From positions 16,990 through 61,341 of the forward strand of contig NW_014040011.1 of assembly GCF_001186125.1 (NCBI RefSeq): a stretch of 44,352 nt of DNA. The letters are read 5' to 3'. This stretch comes from Sphaeroforma arctica JP610 (Eukaryota). The notes under the pieces were generated by a model. It saw only the letters and a program-made list of their open reading frames with translations, was not told the DNA's origin and searched no databases. Both the position numbers and the translations under genes were made by a program. Shown piece after piece: positions 11,927-25,529 of this stretch; positions within the stretch are counted from its first letter, which is position 1, and each line of letters begins with the position of its first letter.

Positions 11927-14900
11927 ATGGGTAAGTGCACTCGAATTTATATGAGTGGCCGCGCAGTATGCTTCAGTAGGCGCTGATTCGTATCGTTTCC
12001 GCTATGTCCACTTGTGACCTTCCTTCGAATGTATTCAGTATACAAAAACGCTGATTATTTCAAGTGGTGTATACAAGCGCATGCGATGTATCATTCTAAG
12101 AAGGGAGAGGCTATGGTGTCTTGTGTTGTCCTTGCCCGCGTGGGCTCCCTGTCACGATTAACTATTGACGAGATTAGCGTTCTTACAGAAAGTGGAAGAC
12201 CTAATTGAAATTTTTCACTTTCAAAACCTGTTCCTCTTTCTAAACAACTGTGTGGCACTTTGTTTGGACTGTTTTGCTAATCGCATCCCTGGTTGGTTGG
12301 CAACATACAGCCGTAACAGACGCATCGCACGCAGTTTTGAACCAGCGAGCGAATCAAGCAGGCTTGGAGGTCAACTCGAAGGAATTTGCTGAGTTATTGA
12401 ACAAAGATGACTCCATTGCGCACTTGAGATCGGAATACCACATCCCCAAGAATTCAGGGCTGTACGAAGGTGTGTTGAGGTTATTTTACATCGGATGCAA
12501 CTAGTGCGGTTCAAACTTTATGAACTCTCTGGTTGATAACTGTGTTGCCGAAATCGTTATATGACACTAACTGATACATGTGTCACAGTTTTCTCAGTGT
12601 GATGCATAATGGCCAGGAGAAGTTTGACGAACTGCCCTTCATTTCACGTATCCTTGGTGGGTTGGTGCAGTTGGATGTCCCTTATCTCGCATGATATTTC
12701 TTCTATAAGTGCAGAGATTCTGTTAATATCGCATGTTCAACAAACAAATCCAGTAGAAGGCTTGAGTTTTAGGTATAGATCTTTGAGCTTTTGGTGGGAA
12801 AGCAATTGTTTACAAGCGTATGATGTAGGATAAATATGTTGTGCTGGTTGTGCTATACTACCGTGCTACAATTTAAAAACTCTATAAAGTTGGTGTACAT
12901 ATATCTATCGCCCGCAATCGGTATTTACACAAATCGATGATCGACAATTGTGTATTTATAGGTATACGCATATACTTTCGTGCGGTCAAACCTCAACGTA
13001 CCGCACGTCCTGATCTATGCAGCTATTTTTTCTGCATCCTGCTGTGTATAGATCCAGCTTGCGAGTGAGTTATATGCTGGGAAAGGAATGGCAATCGCTC
13101 AAGTTAGCCTCCGTCATGTGAAATTGGTCAGCTACATGCGAATACTGCAAGTACCTCTAGCTGATGATGGCCCCGCGTACATCATCTTCCAAGTGCTTCT
13201 GAAATGGCACTGCACTCTCTGATCATTAGGTTGCATTCCACTTACCATACAGTTCGAAAGGATATGATACCAGACAGTGAGTGGGAGAAGGAATGTATTT
13301 ACCTGTGCGGCAACAGCCTAGGGTTGCAGCCCAAGGGGACTCAGCCACTAGTTAACGAGGAGCTACTGAAATGGCAGAGAAGGTAACTACGATATATGTT
13401 TTTATTGCCTTGCTTTTTTTCAGTTTGTGTGCCCATTCCATGCAAAAGTATCTTTCTGGGTCATATGCACAATTTGGGGAGCTTTACCAAAGGGGGCTGT
13501 TGCTAGAGTTTTCACATGATGGTCAAGTATGACATTAACGCGTTCAGTGGTTTGTCCGGGTGTCCGACTCTCTTCTGTCGGCCTCTGCATCATGAATGTA
13601 GTACTATAGATCACTAGATTTTTAATCTTGCCTACGAGACGATTTCCTTCCTGTTACCTAGCGTCACTTGTATTAGAAGCGCGTCTGAAGAGATTGCATC
13701 CCACTTTTAGATATCATTATTACGTCGCCTTAAATTGCAGGGGTGTACAGGGGCACTTCGATGACTCAGAGAGACGGTGGGTCGACATCGCCGAGCAATC
13801 AGCCGGTGACATGGCCAAGATCGTTGGTATGTTGTTGCTGCTTTATTTCTTGACTTTTCAATGAATGTTAATAGACGGTGGTGTTAAATCATTTCCTAAT
13901 GCTTTTTCATTCTCTGCATACTACGAGATACAATATTGATTTTACTGCTCCGATACCAATTGAACATTGTGCAGGCGCGGATGAGTCCGAGGTCGTGATC
14001 ATGAATACGCTTACAGTCAATCTGCACCTCATGTTGGCATCGTTCTACACTCCCACTGATACGAGATGCAAGATTCTGATCGAGAACAAGGCGTTTCCGT
14101 CTGATCACTACGCTGTGCGCTCTCAGGTGGGGGCTTTGCACAGTTACGAAACTCTGATTGTAAATTTGTGCTTCTGTGCTCCTTTTTCACGTCTGTATAT
14201 CTATTTGGAAGTCTTTTCGTCCTGATTTTCGAGTACAAAATCCACTGCAACCTTTTTCAATGTCACAGAATAGAAATAGTTGTTGAACTTCTTAAATTTC
14301 ACTCAAATCACTATCTCTTTCTCGTAACAGGTCAAGTCACGCGGTTATGATCCGGATACTGACGTCATTCTCGTCGATACAGAAGGTAGCATTTCAAGTC
14401 ACAGATTGATTCGGAGCACTCGGCTCTACCCACTTTCTCCGAACCATCTTAAATCTGATCTTGTTTATATGGCTATTCGTTTACCTTACTCTCGGCGCGA
14501 GCGAGCCAAAACAAAGTTTCAATGCTAAGTTTTGCTCCCGTGTCTACTATACTATTTACAGGCGTCGATGGAAATGCCAAATTGATTGAGGCAATCAAAT
14601 TGCATGGCGATGACATAGCGCTGGTGCTGTTACCGGGTGTCCAGTATTATCTAGGAGATGCGTTCGATATGAAAGCCATCACATCAGTCGCCAGACAGAT
14701 GGTATGTGGATTGATCTGTGTGTTGGATTTTCTCTGTTTATAGCCAGCCTATAAGAAAGATGGTTAATCAATATATTTACTTATGCCGCCGATACAAATC
14801 GATTATGGATGTACGTGTCTGTTCGCATCGTAGAGTGCAGTTATGTTCTCGTAACAGTCGAGGCTTGCGCTGGTTGCAGTCATTCACACTTACACTTACC

Positions 14901-16985
14901 TTGTATCGTCATCTTGGTAGTGTTTTTACTTGCTCGCAAAATGTGGAGAATATTTTTCTCGAATGCAGCCGAAAAGATTTGTCTTTGATTGTGAGTACAC
15001 TCTACAATTTCTGTTGGCGCACCCTCGGAAAGTAAACGCACACACCGGGATCCCAATCGATATATTCTGATGTCGTCTCCATTACCGTTCACGCAGGGCT
15101 GCGTTGTTGGATGGGATCTAGCTCATGCCGTAGGCAATATCGAACTGCAGCTGCACGACTGGGATTTGGACTTTGCCGTCTGGTGCACGTACAAGTACCT
15201 GAACTCAGGCCCTGGAGGTATAGCTGGTGCTTTTGTGCACTCGAGACACCATTCGAATCCCGAGCTTCCCAGGCTGACCGGCTGGTGGAGTCACAACCTC
15301 AAAACTCGATTTAAAATGGATAACGGTATGTGAGTGTGTTGTTGCCAGCCGCTCTGAGGTTATGTGTGTTCAGTACATGTAGTCGTGGATGTAGTGTGGG
15401 CTAAAGCCGAGCAAGCCAAGTACCGTCTTCTACTGTTTACTAACGTACTGGTTGTGCAAACGGCTAGTATGTCTCTGCGTTGTGACTTACATGCCTTCAT
15501 ATTTTTGTTCCACAGAGATGGACAAGATCTCTAATGCTGCCGCTTACGCGATGTCCAACCCCCCGATGCTACAAGTTGTGAGCCTGAGAGCTTCGTTAAA
15601 TGTCTTCAACATGACTTCTATGAAGGACTTGAGGTCTAAATCGGTGATGTTAACCGGCTATCTCGATCTGCTGTTGTCGAAAATTCCTATTGTACAGGTA
15701 TATCAGTATCCAATGCTAGGACAGACGCGCTGTTATCGTTCATGTATAGCACGGTATTTTGTTTCTCAAAATGTCATTTTTCTGATTCGCTTGTCTCTAT
15801 CAACCTATTTATTATTCAGTAATAAAATATTATCAATAAAATTGCTCTATCCAGAAAAATATCAAGTCATTGACCTCGTCAGATAGGACGAAACGTGGAT
15901 GCCAACTGTCTTTGTTCTGCAAGGTGCCAGTGCGTCCTATTTTTGAGTTTCTGGAGCATTCCGGTGTCGTCTGCGACCTTCGGGTATGTGAGTCATCTAT
16001 GTTTTTCATCTTTGTCTTCGTTCACCTGTGAACAAATTACTTTGTAAAGAAATAGTTAGCCAGTGTGGGCAAGTATACCAGGACGTTTGTAACAGAACCT
16101 CGAGATGTGTTATACAATGGATTTGTGTGCCTATTTAGACCACTCACGTGAATAGTGGTTTTAATGTGGATGATTGTCTGTGGTTAAGTATAATTCCCGT
16201 GTAAAAAAAATGTTCTTAGGACATTACGTATCTGCGTGTGACTTGGAATACACACATCGATAGCGATGTGTGTTTAATGCATAATAATGTGCAATCGGCA
16301 GTCGCTTATACCCTTGTTATTTTCCATGTTTGTGTGAGTTGTACATATAGTCACGGGCTCATTGTTCAATTGCATGTATTCATGTGTCTTTCTATTTAGG
16401 TACAACATGTGCGGGTATATACCTGTCGCACATCTATCTGGATGTATGTATGCTTTCGTTGCACACTTCATAAATTAGCTCATATTCGCTATGCCCACTT
16501 CAGTTGATACTATACTCTGATCTCGAGTGCTAGCCTCGGCATCATCGTAAACAAGAATGGCACGATTTCTTACTCTGTAAGAAATATTTATCGTACTATT
16601 TGTTTCAGAGGAGGCAAGTAGGCATGTGATTGCTATCTTCAGCTGTTGTTTGTTTCCTGTCTGGACTCTACGTATCATATGAATCGAATTCACGCGCAAT
16701 AGTTTTTACAGAATGTACCATTTACAGCATCAATATATTGGACACAATACTCGACCACAACATTGGTTTTAAACATTAACTGCTTTTATCGTTTTTGAAG
16801 AATGCACCATTTCCAGCACACTCTACCACAACATTGGTTTTAGAAATTAACCGTCTTTTAACCATGTTTCAATTTAACAGGAGCCCGATGTGATCAGAAT
16901 CGCGCCAGTTCCGATGTACAATAATTTCACTGACTGTTATCAGTTCGCACAAGTCTTAAAGTCCGCCCTTGAACACCACAGTTAA
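11927..16985 (+). CDS. KYNU: Kynureninase (PLP-dependent L-kynurenine hydrolase), 456 aa. Exons: 11927-11930, 12311-12469, 13253-13382, 13741-13826, 13975-14126, 14331-14385, 14562-14701, 15097-15325, 15516-15697, 15855-15983, 16881-16985
   Basis: Eleven exons splice in frame (1371 nt including TAA) over GT..AG introns. Motifs: [84 protein letters not shown] (PLP lysine), [32 protein letters not shown]. The 4-nt first exon is the least certain part. Confidence 0.96.
16710..16860. repeat. Imperfect 2-copy duplication in the last KYNU intron
   Basis: gaatg(t/c)accattt(a/c)cagca and accacaacattggtttta..attaac each occur twice. Confidence 0.75.
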
Positions 16986-17775
16986 ATCTGATGTGTGGCT
17001 ATGCTATTAATTCAACGTTATCTATTGAATTCCTGGTTCGGGGATGGATTTGTTTATAAAATAAAGAGTTTCACCAATATTCCAAACGAGATGAAGCCCA
17101 AGTTCTCACTTTTTCCGCTTAGGTCTGTTTTGATGCATAAACATCGGATTTGCACCATATCACTCAACTACCATCTGTTGTCTATACTGCTTTAGGTAAA
17201 ACCGTTGTAAAGCTTGTCTTTGTCTGTATGAACCCTGTGTCGTGTCTTTTCTGCTGCCATTAAATTGAATTTAGTTGTAGAGTTATCAAATATGAAATTA
17301 TCGCCACAGTCTAGAGGTAGCGTGCATGGCCAAAAAAAATGATACATATCAAACCGGTACAAATAATATAATTGAATTTTGAAATGCGGTTTTGGAGAGT
17401 AGCGGTCATGCTTGCTACACACATTTAATTGGGCTCGAGCATACTGTGTAGTCTACCTGTGTGCATCATGCGTCCATTATCGTTTCGGATCTTAGAATAT
17501 TGACCGTATGGCTGAGGTGCACAAGCCATAAATCCAACAAATGCGCCAGTATGTTTAACGTCATTGTTTGATGTGATTTTGCTGTGGTATATGTAGTCGA
17601 ATTCAAATTCGATTTGAAATCTAAATGCAGTATTTCAAATTCGATTTAAACTGTGCAGAATTTAAGCGGTGCCTGAAACCTCATACAGGACTACCAGCAT
17701 TACGGGGATGAAGGATAGACCGTCGGGCCCTACACCGTATTCTAAAATGTTGGATCCACAAAGCGCCTCTTCTTC

Positions 17776-18232
17776 CTCCTAATCTATTTTCCGAGTTTTT
17801 CGGTGTAAATGGGTGCAGTATCGATGATATCAGACACGACAATACCACTTTGCCTTCCAACCTTACAGAGGCGATATGTGGTCATTACCATGTCCGAGCT
17901 TCGCACGCTCCGGCTCGGTGCCCTAGTTTTCACAACGATCACCAAAGAGCATTGACAGTTCATCGGGTTCGCCATTTGCGTTGAAGTTTACGCTGATAAA
18001 ATGCGCTCCTAATCTATTTTCCGAGTTTTTCGGTGTTAATATGTAATATGTGTAGTATCGATGTTATCAAACACGACAATACCACTTTGCCTTCCAACCC
18101 TACAGAAGCGATATGCGGTCATGTCCGAGCTTCACAGGCTCCGGCTCGGTGCCCTTAATTTACAACGATCACTAAAGAGCATTGACAGTTCATCAGGTTC
18201 TCCATTTGCGTTGAAGTATACGCTGATAAAAT
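17776..18232. repeat. ~230-bp direct tandem duplication
   Basis: ctcctaatctattttccgagtttttcggtgt...gcgttgaagt.tacgctgataaaat at 17776-18002 and 18006-18232. Confidence 0.93.
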
Positions 18233-18479
18233 CTAATACGGCGTCTGCAATGGTGTATCCATAAACTTACCATAGGTCTTGCGCATCGGCATAAATCTAC
18301 TTCCATAGGAGTAAACTCCGAAGCTGTACTCGTTTTCATTCGAGCTAATTCATCGCTCGCCTCAATAATTGTTTCATTTTCAACCTCGACGGACTTCGGT
18401 AAAGCCTTCGTCGCTTTAGCCTTCATAGTCACGACTGTCGCCCTCATTCGCCGTCACTAAGTCTCTTCATTGTATTCAT

Positions 18480-21400
18480 ACGATGCATTGGCATCCGGTT
18501 TATGTATAACTTTCACATTCTTGTACTTCTTGAATGACAGATCAGCAATATGCATAAAATCTATTTTGTGATCCTCCCATTTCTTATTACCTAAACTGCA
18601 CACGCCGACTACATCTGCAGACTCAATGTCGATATACTAGTCGGTATGCGACTAGTGCCTATATTAAGAGCACTAGAATCATCGGGGTTTTTAACCTCAT
18701 AGGTTCCACTTTTCGTGTCCGCAACAGTGATTATATATGGTCCTATCCATTTAGATATTATAACAGTAGCATCGGAATTATGTTGACGTATATTAACTCT
18801 ATGTCATCGACCTGATACTCTGTTATCTATTTGGTTTTGTTCCATCTATTCTGCTTCGAGCCCTGGTAACTCAAGGCGATCAGGTTCGTCCATGTTGTAA
18901 GGTATCTGTAGCTCACTATATCTGCCACAAAAAATGGTGAGAGGATGCTGTTCCCGTAACGGGATCAGCACAATCGTTCACCTTGGTACGGCCAGATATC
19001 TGCACTATTCGATAATGCAGTACGCACGAAGAACTTAATTCTTCTATAGCGCGTCTCGTTTGCGCCCTGCGTTTGTTGTATATATGAGACACCTTTCTTA
19101 TGGTACATACCTGATACAAGTACTAATGATTCCGTTGCGTGATCACCGAACTCGCTACCGTTTATAGAACTCGTGAAACATGGCCACCCGTGGTCAGTAA
19201 CGACTTGGAAACATAGTGCTACCACGTCGAGTACCTTTGTATTCCAATGGATAGACTGATGGATTGACTGAGTTCATATCGAAAAAGTGGGATATGTGAT
19301 GGTTGCCCGTCTGCTCGGACTTGGGCAGGTCAACAAGATCAATGATGATCTTACGCCATGGGACATCTTACATCACACCCGTAAGCGGATCGAATCTATA
19401 GATTGAGATCACAGTCTGCGCATGTCTGATAAAATATATACTCTTAAGTCACTAGCATAAGACGCGCTATTCTATTACAGTTGGCGTCTGGTGCTTCAGC
19501 TTATGGTTTTGAGTGAGCCATGCGAGGATATTTCTTTTATTCTGCTGTTCCAGAACTAAGGTAGTTTGTAAACAATCCACTTGCGTGTTCTTGAGTCTGT
19601 AGTGTCGTCAGACTTCCTTACTTTCCTTGTCTGAACGTTTTTACTGCGCTTGTATACATTGGGTACGCTTGACTGATTTTATAACCGCATTATATGTGTA
19701 TCTACTTCGGGACTGTCTTTCATGAGTCACTTTAAGAATGATTTCTGAAAAGCTTCGGCCTTCGACCTCCTATTAATATATAAGGTTCGGTTTAGAGATC
19801 GACGTTTCTTAACAGTTTTATCTGTAGTAGACTTTACATCTTGTGGACAAACTTCAGGTGCTATGTTGTCTTTAAACTGGTTTCTTTGTATATAAAATCG
19901 TGGTTTGTTGGTATATTATTTCTAGTACCCCATTGGCTAACCACTTCTCTACTTGTTCTTTTGTTACAGCATCATGTCTTCAATATACATATTTTTTGAA
20001 GATTTAGCTTAATAAGTCTACCTTAGTTAAGTCAAGACTAACATATCCGTCGCTAGAGCGGAACTCCGTCCAGTCAGTGATCTTTTTTCTTGTTTACAAG
20101 TATAAATTCAATATTTTAGCTGATGGTCCTTTATAGTACTGACTCTTGCAGTGGGATGCCTAATACGAGTAGGTTACTCATATCAACAACAATGTCATAG
20201 TTTTGCGTCATTTTTATCACTACAGCTTGCGTGATTATCTTGTGATCGTAGGCTAACATGTTTCAAAGTCTATAGTCATAGTGTCGCTCGCTGATGGTTA
20301 CTAATCTGCAAATATAGGGTGAGTTGTTTGTGTTCTACCTTCGATTTTTTTTTCTCAAAGCAAAGTGATCAGATATGCAGGGTGTTTCAGAACCAGTATA
20401 TCAATCAATGCACGAACTTTATATACAATGCAGTATGCACTAATGAGTAGGGGATTGGATCCGGTAAACTTTTCATGTTTGCTTAATGTCTGGTTTGCTG
20501 TCACATGCCTTGGTGTAGCAGTCGATAATATTCTCACGCCTGTCACATTTATCAAGGTTATGTGTAGAAAGCAGAAGAATGTATTCCGTTCCAGTAATCA
20601 TCAGGTGTGAGCTGGTAGCCCGCACTTGTCGTCGGCACACTTCTTGGTCTCTTCATATGCGATCTCTTCCTCTGTAAGCTTGCGGCTTCTTAATCGGTCG
20701 CGTAGGCTGTGTGGTATAACGTGGGCGCACACGCTTCTTCTTTTTTGGGAAGTTTGTCTTGAGACATATCCTTGACCAGGTTGGTCTCGTGGTTTCATCT
20801 GAACCGCGTTCTTCTTATAAGTTACTCGATCCCTAGGAAAACTCACTGAGAACGTCTTATAGAACTGTTTTTAGTGTAGACGGTGTGTAGAGTGAAGCTT
20901 CTTCTTGCGATCATCACTACCTATGTTTATACAGAACAAGTGCATGGCAAAACTACTATCATCTTAATTTATCATCCCTAGTTAACTCCGGGCGCATCAG
21001 GTCGGAACGGTATCGAGCTTCAAGATATAGTTCAGGATGATGACGTTGGGTGCCGGAGGTGCTAGTGTGGAGCACATGCCCGGACCGTATATCTTGACTC
21101 AAGAGATATGTTACTAGCCAGCATGCTTCTTGCCATTTATTACAGTTGAGGCATCGGTCAAGCTCGTTCCACTGGCATCCCAGAACCATCTCCTTGCACT
21201 TCTTATTGTCAACCCTGCTGGGCTGTAGCATCTGATAAATTCTTGTCTGCTTGATGGTCAGCTTTGTATAGTAATCGACTTTCCCCGTATTATGGGGTGC
21301 CGTGTGCGATCCCCATCTTCACCGTCAGCTCATCTACAGATGTATCAGTAGTATTTATCTACACCAGGAAGTACAAATTATTCAGCTGGCTGATGTAACA

Positions 21401-22960
21401 TGTTTCAGTCTACGCGAGCAAGCTCAGCTATTTTGCCCTCTTCTTTGTGCCTTTACCTTCTCTTCAGTTGTAACCAAAGTCGAAGGTAGAGACTTTGCGA
21501 CGTTTTGCTGTGGACTATAGGGTTAAGACATTAATGTCTCCCGTGCTCTGGTATACTTACCCGGTAGATTTTACTTCAACCAAAGTGGTCTTTAGGAGGA
21601 TGTGAAGATAATTCAGTTCCTTCTACACGATCGATGTAAACCTTTAGAGTACTGGCTCGCGAGTGGGTTCGACCTCTGGTTCGTTTTAGTCCTTCCTTCC
21701 TCGAGCTTCAGCTTCCATAGTTTCCACTATTTCAGCATTAGACATCTGGTTACCAGTAAAGTTATATGCAATCCCGTAGTCGTCGACTTCTCTGGCTTGC
21801 TTTCTACGAGTTCACTAGGTTTACGCTACAGTGATATCGTCAGTGACATGTTCACATAAGCGGCGTGCGTTTTACCTGACGCATACATACGACCGAAATG
21901 TTCAACTGCTTCATTTTCTTTTACGGGCTCCTATATTAAAATAGCTAACTGGGATTTAAAGTTCAGCGTTCTCATCCGTCAACTTACTTATCAAGTTGGT
22001 GTGGCAGATTTATCTGCTATATTAAGTGATCCTTGAGGGCTCGTCTCTTCGTCACCTTCATTAGTCAGATCAGGCCCACATTGGTTCTCGTCTTCAATTG
22101 CCGGCACCAGTGATTTATTCTTCTGAATTTCCTCTTCGTGGATCGTATAGATAGTTATAAAACCCTGAGTTTTGTTTCTTGACATCGTAAAAAGTAGCTT
22201 TGAAACGGACGCGATAGTTGACCCTCGGGCTCTTTCTTCGGCGACTTCTTTCTTAATTGGGTAGTCTAGTATTTTAATCTCAGTGTGTTGAAACGAATTT
22301 ATAAGACTCAAACCCTAAAATCCTATGAGCCCAAAATATATTACGGTTTATATTTTGGCCGAATTACTGTAGGAATATTTTAAAAGCACATGGCAATTAG
22401 TATATTGTATATATAATATGCATTATAATAATAAATTCATGTTCCAACAAAGTGCTCTGTCGGCGATTCCCACTGGCGACAATCGATTTGGCAGCGGACT
22501 TGTCTTCCTCGGCGATGGCGGCGGCGGTAGCGGTGGCATCCTTGTCGGTTTTCTTCATCTCAGATTTATGTTCTTTGAAAGAGAGGAACCCTTGTTATGC
22601 TTTATCTTCTTCACTTAAGAAATAATCGTTTAGAAGAAGAAAATGTGTGTGGTATAAACACCACTACGTTCAAGAGCTCAACAAGTTAACACTTTTGCTG
22701 ACTATAAAATGTGGAAACTTGCCAGCTTTAAATGTATAAATTTGGGTTTGTCGAGACAGTATTCATTGATTAAAGCCTGAAGGTAGTGATAATGTATTAA
22801 GTGTTTTGGTCGAAGCAAGCACGAAAGTAGTCGATTGTCATAGTTAGATTGTCTCGTGATTCAGCAATACTCTGGGGGATGAGAAGGCTGAGATATTGAC
22901 TTAGTCCAATCCTCCCAGTACTGAATTCGCCGAAGGGTTTTAATTATGTATTCGTCGTCG
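18480..22960 (-). mobile_element. Decayed Ty3/gypsy LTR retrotransposon 'A' (5' LTR from ~22712 rightward, gag, protease, truncated RT, integrase)
   Basis: Minus-strand remnants: gag KKTDKDATATAAAIA...RARGSTIASVSKL...PRDQPGQGYVSRQTS; protease ALID/TGSETPCISDHFAL (~20360-20420); RT N-terminus DGYVSLDLTKV...EQVEKWLANGVLE (~19920-20060); integrase core PWRKIIIDLVDLPKSEQTGNH, HGWP...NGSEF, QTQGANETRYRRIK (~19030-19370); GPY/F motif KWIGPYII (~18730-18750). Many stops and frameshifts. No 3' LTR seen. Confidence 0.85.
22286..22449. mobile_element. 164-bp solo LTR inserted in gag of element A
   Basis: Termini TGTTGAAAC...GTTCCAACA (8/9 inverted match), flanks cagtg / aagtg (4/5 TSD), internal TATATATAA and AATAAA. 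Removing it restores the gag frame (RRQS-TEIKILD). Confidence 0.8.
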
Positions 22961-25529
22961 TGATTGGCGTTAACTATTATTGTTGTTTTTGCTGCGCCAG
23001 GATAGTGCATGTGATTATATGTCTGTATCTACTGGTAAATCGCTTTCTAGAAGCATTTTAAATATTTCTTGTGCTTCTTTACTTCATCTTTGCAAGTATA
23101 TCCTACAACATGATCACATATGCGCTGCACATATTCGTCCCGATTTGTATAGTTTAGATTTTTGAAACATACAGCGGATCTAAATGTATTGGTCTTCTGT
23201 CGCTTCGCACGGTCTTCATCTGTTTCGTCACTCAATACCCTTTCCCACTTAGTTGGCTGCATAGGTTTGTCATTTTGACTTTTTTAAGTTGTCCTTATTC
23301 ATATATGTTCGCTCACACCAACCTTTGACTACACCTTCTATGGTTGAGATGTCATTTCGTAGGCCTACTATCATTTGAGTGTCATAGTTACCACCCCAGC
23401 CTAGAGTTAAGCCCCGCGCCTGTACGACCCGCGGTTGATCACGTTTCGAGACCATTGTAGCTACACCTCGACGCAGCCATGTACTGTTCCTTACATACTA
23501 ATTTACCATCTGACCGTGCTAGTACTAGCTTATTTTCCGTTACAAAGTATAGTCTACATTCTATCGCAGTAGGAATTAGCTTGAAAGAGCTATAGGCATA
23601 TCTTTTTAGCTACTCTCACATTCTACATTTTAACAGTATTTTTACTGAGGAAGCCGGCTGATACTAGTAACTAGAATAAAACATACGTGCACACAAAGAC
23701 ACAATGCGTGTATGCACATGTCAACTTTCATTTTTAACACACTAGTTAAGAAACAAGGATAGAAGAAACTACCACCTAAGATGAGAAAGCGAGCCAGCGC
23801 CGAGGAAATGACCAAGGCGGAAAACTAAGGAAGGGAAGAAGTAGGCTCTCCTTTGAGACCAACGGAATATGCGAACGTCGAAAGGTACGGGCGGGTATCA
23901 CTGTCACTTCACTTCGGTGAACATACTACATGCGCGTCAGGCTTCATATTCGTTAAAGAGGTTCTGGGAAGATTGTAGGGACAGCTAACAGAGCAAACTC
24001 TGCTATACACAAATCTTCTTGGTACACAACAGAGGGACAATAAATTAGCATACTCTAGTAAGTTCTCTAGTAGGTTGGGCCACGTATCCAGAAGCGACGA
24101 AAAGCGTCATCCAACAACGAAATTAAGCCACCATTGGAGATTAAAAAAATCAAGAATCAAGGAGTGAAGCTCGGTCATGAAAGGAACTGGGAAGGAAAGA
24201 AGAAGCTCCTTCACTGAGAAAAGCGTACAAGCTCCGCTCGCAGGGTACCCAACATACTACCGCAAAGTGCTCTTATAATATATACAAAGGTAAGTGTGAC
24301 TAGGTTTCCCCGAAGGTAAACGCACATAGTCTTCCAACGTAGAAGAGAGTAAAAAATGTCACTTGTGATAGCATAACCAACGTTGGGCTGTTAAGATTTA
24401 CTGCGAAGTGTCACCGTTAATAATATCATCAAAGTTGGGGCGCTGAAATTTACATGTACACAAGTAGGAGACAGTTTTGTACAAATTTGCAAGCTAGTGC
24501 ATATTATCCACATCTATGAATTGTCACACATTATAAAAGAGAGATAGAAGGAGTTATATCCCACAACGGAGAGGGCATGCACAATGCATGCATACTTGTC
24601 CGCGCATTTAAAAAGAGATAGATATTCAAGCAAAGAGCTAAAGGTAGCTACAATAGTAAATGCATGCGTATAGGTTTACGCAAGACCACTACAGAGTACC
24701 ACGCGTATACAAGAAGAAAAATTGTTGCACGCCACAAAGTATTCAGTGATCAAGTAAGTCAAGGTACAGTGATCTAAGAAACAAAGGGTGTCGTTTTATT
24801 GTCCGTGGTTGATGCATATAACGAAACATAATAGAAGATTACACAAATGCAAAAGATATAATGGTTGCATGCTATGAAGCATTCGTTTAATAAATATTTA
24901 TTGAATGGATTTTGGTTGATGCACGTCGAAGAATCTCATATTTAAAGACGTACAATCCATCTTAAATCCATAGATAGGGAACAAATGTCTGCGACATAGA
25001 TTGCCATTAAATACGTATCAGCACAAGCATCAATCGTAAGTATACTACATAAATACACAAGTTGGAGGTGCCGCATGCCACATAACATCACATAGAATCA
25101 CAAGAACCAGCTATTCAGGGTCTTCAATCACAAGTAGTATCAAACGCACAAAAACAATACATGGTTTCCTAAGTTGAACTAGACAGTTAACACACAAAGG
25201 AGCAGCAAGTATACACTTCACATGCATCAATTACATACATTGATGATAAATATACTGCACATCAAGATTAATATCACATGCCTACCAAACCATCACTTAT
25301 GTAAACTTTATGGCTGGTAGTAACTTCGTGGTGGCCTTGCTCATGTTGCGCTTGTGCAAATTATGTACGACGAAGCTGTTCTTCCGGTGCTGCCTGTGCA
25401 AATCCAGGTTGACCATCTTCGGCCATAGCGACAGATACCTCTCGTGCTGTGTCTACACACCTCGCATATATTATGTGTCGTGACTCCGCGTTTCCAAGCC
25501 GCTGTGAGAAGAGAGGGACCAGCTTAAAA

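Noticed and set aside
9539..11927. Functional cluster of MECR and KYNU
   Set aside because: They act in different pathways (mitochondrial fatty-acid synthesis vs tryptophan catabolism). Adjacency alone is not evidence of a cluster.
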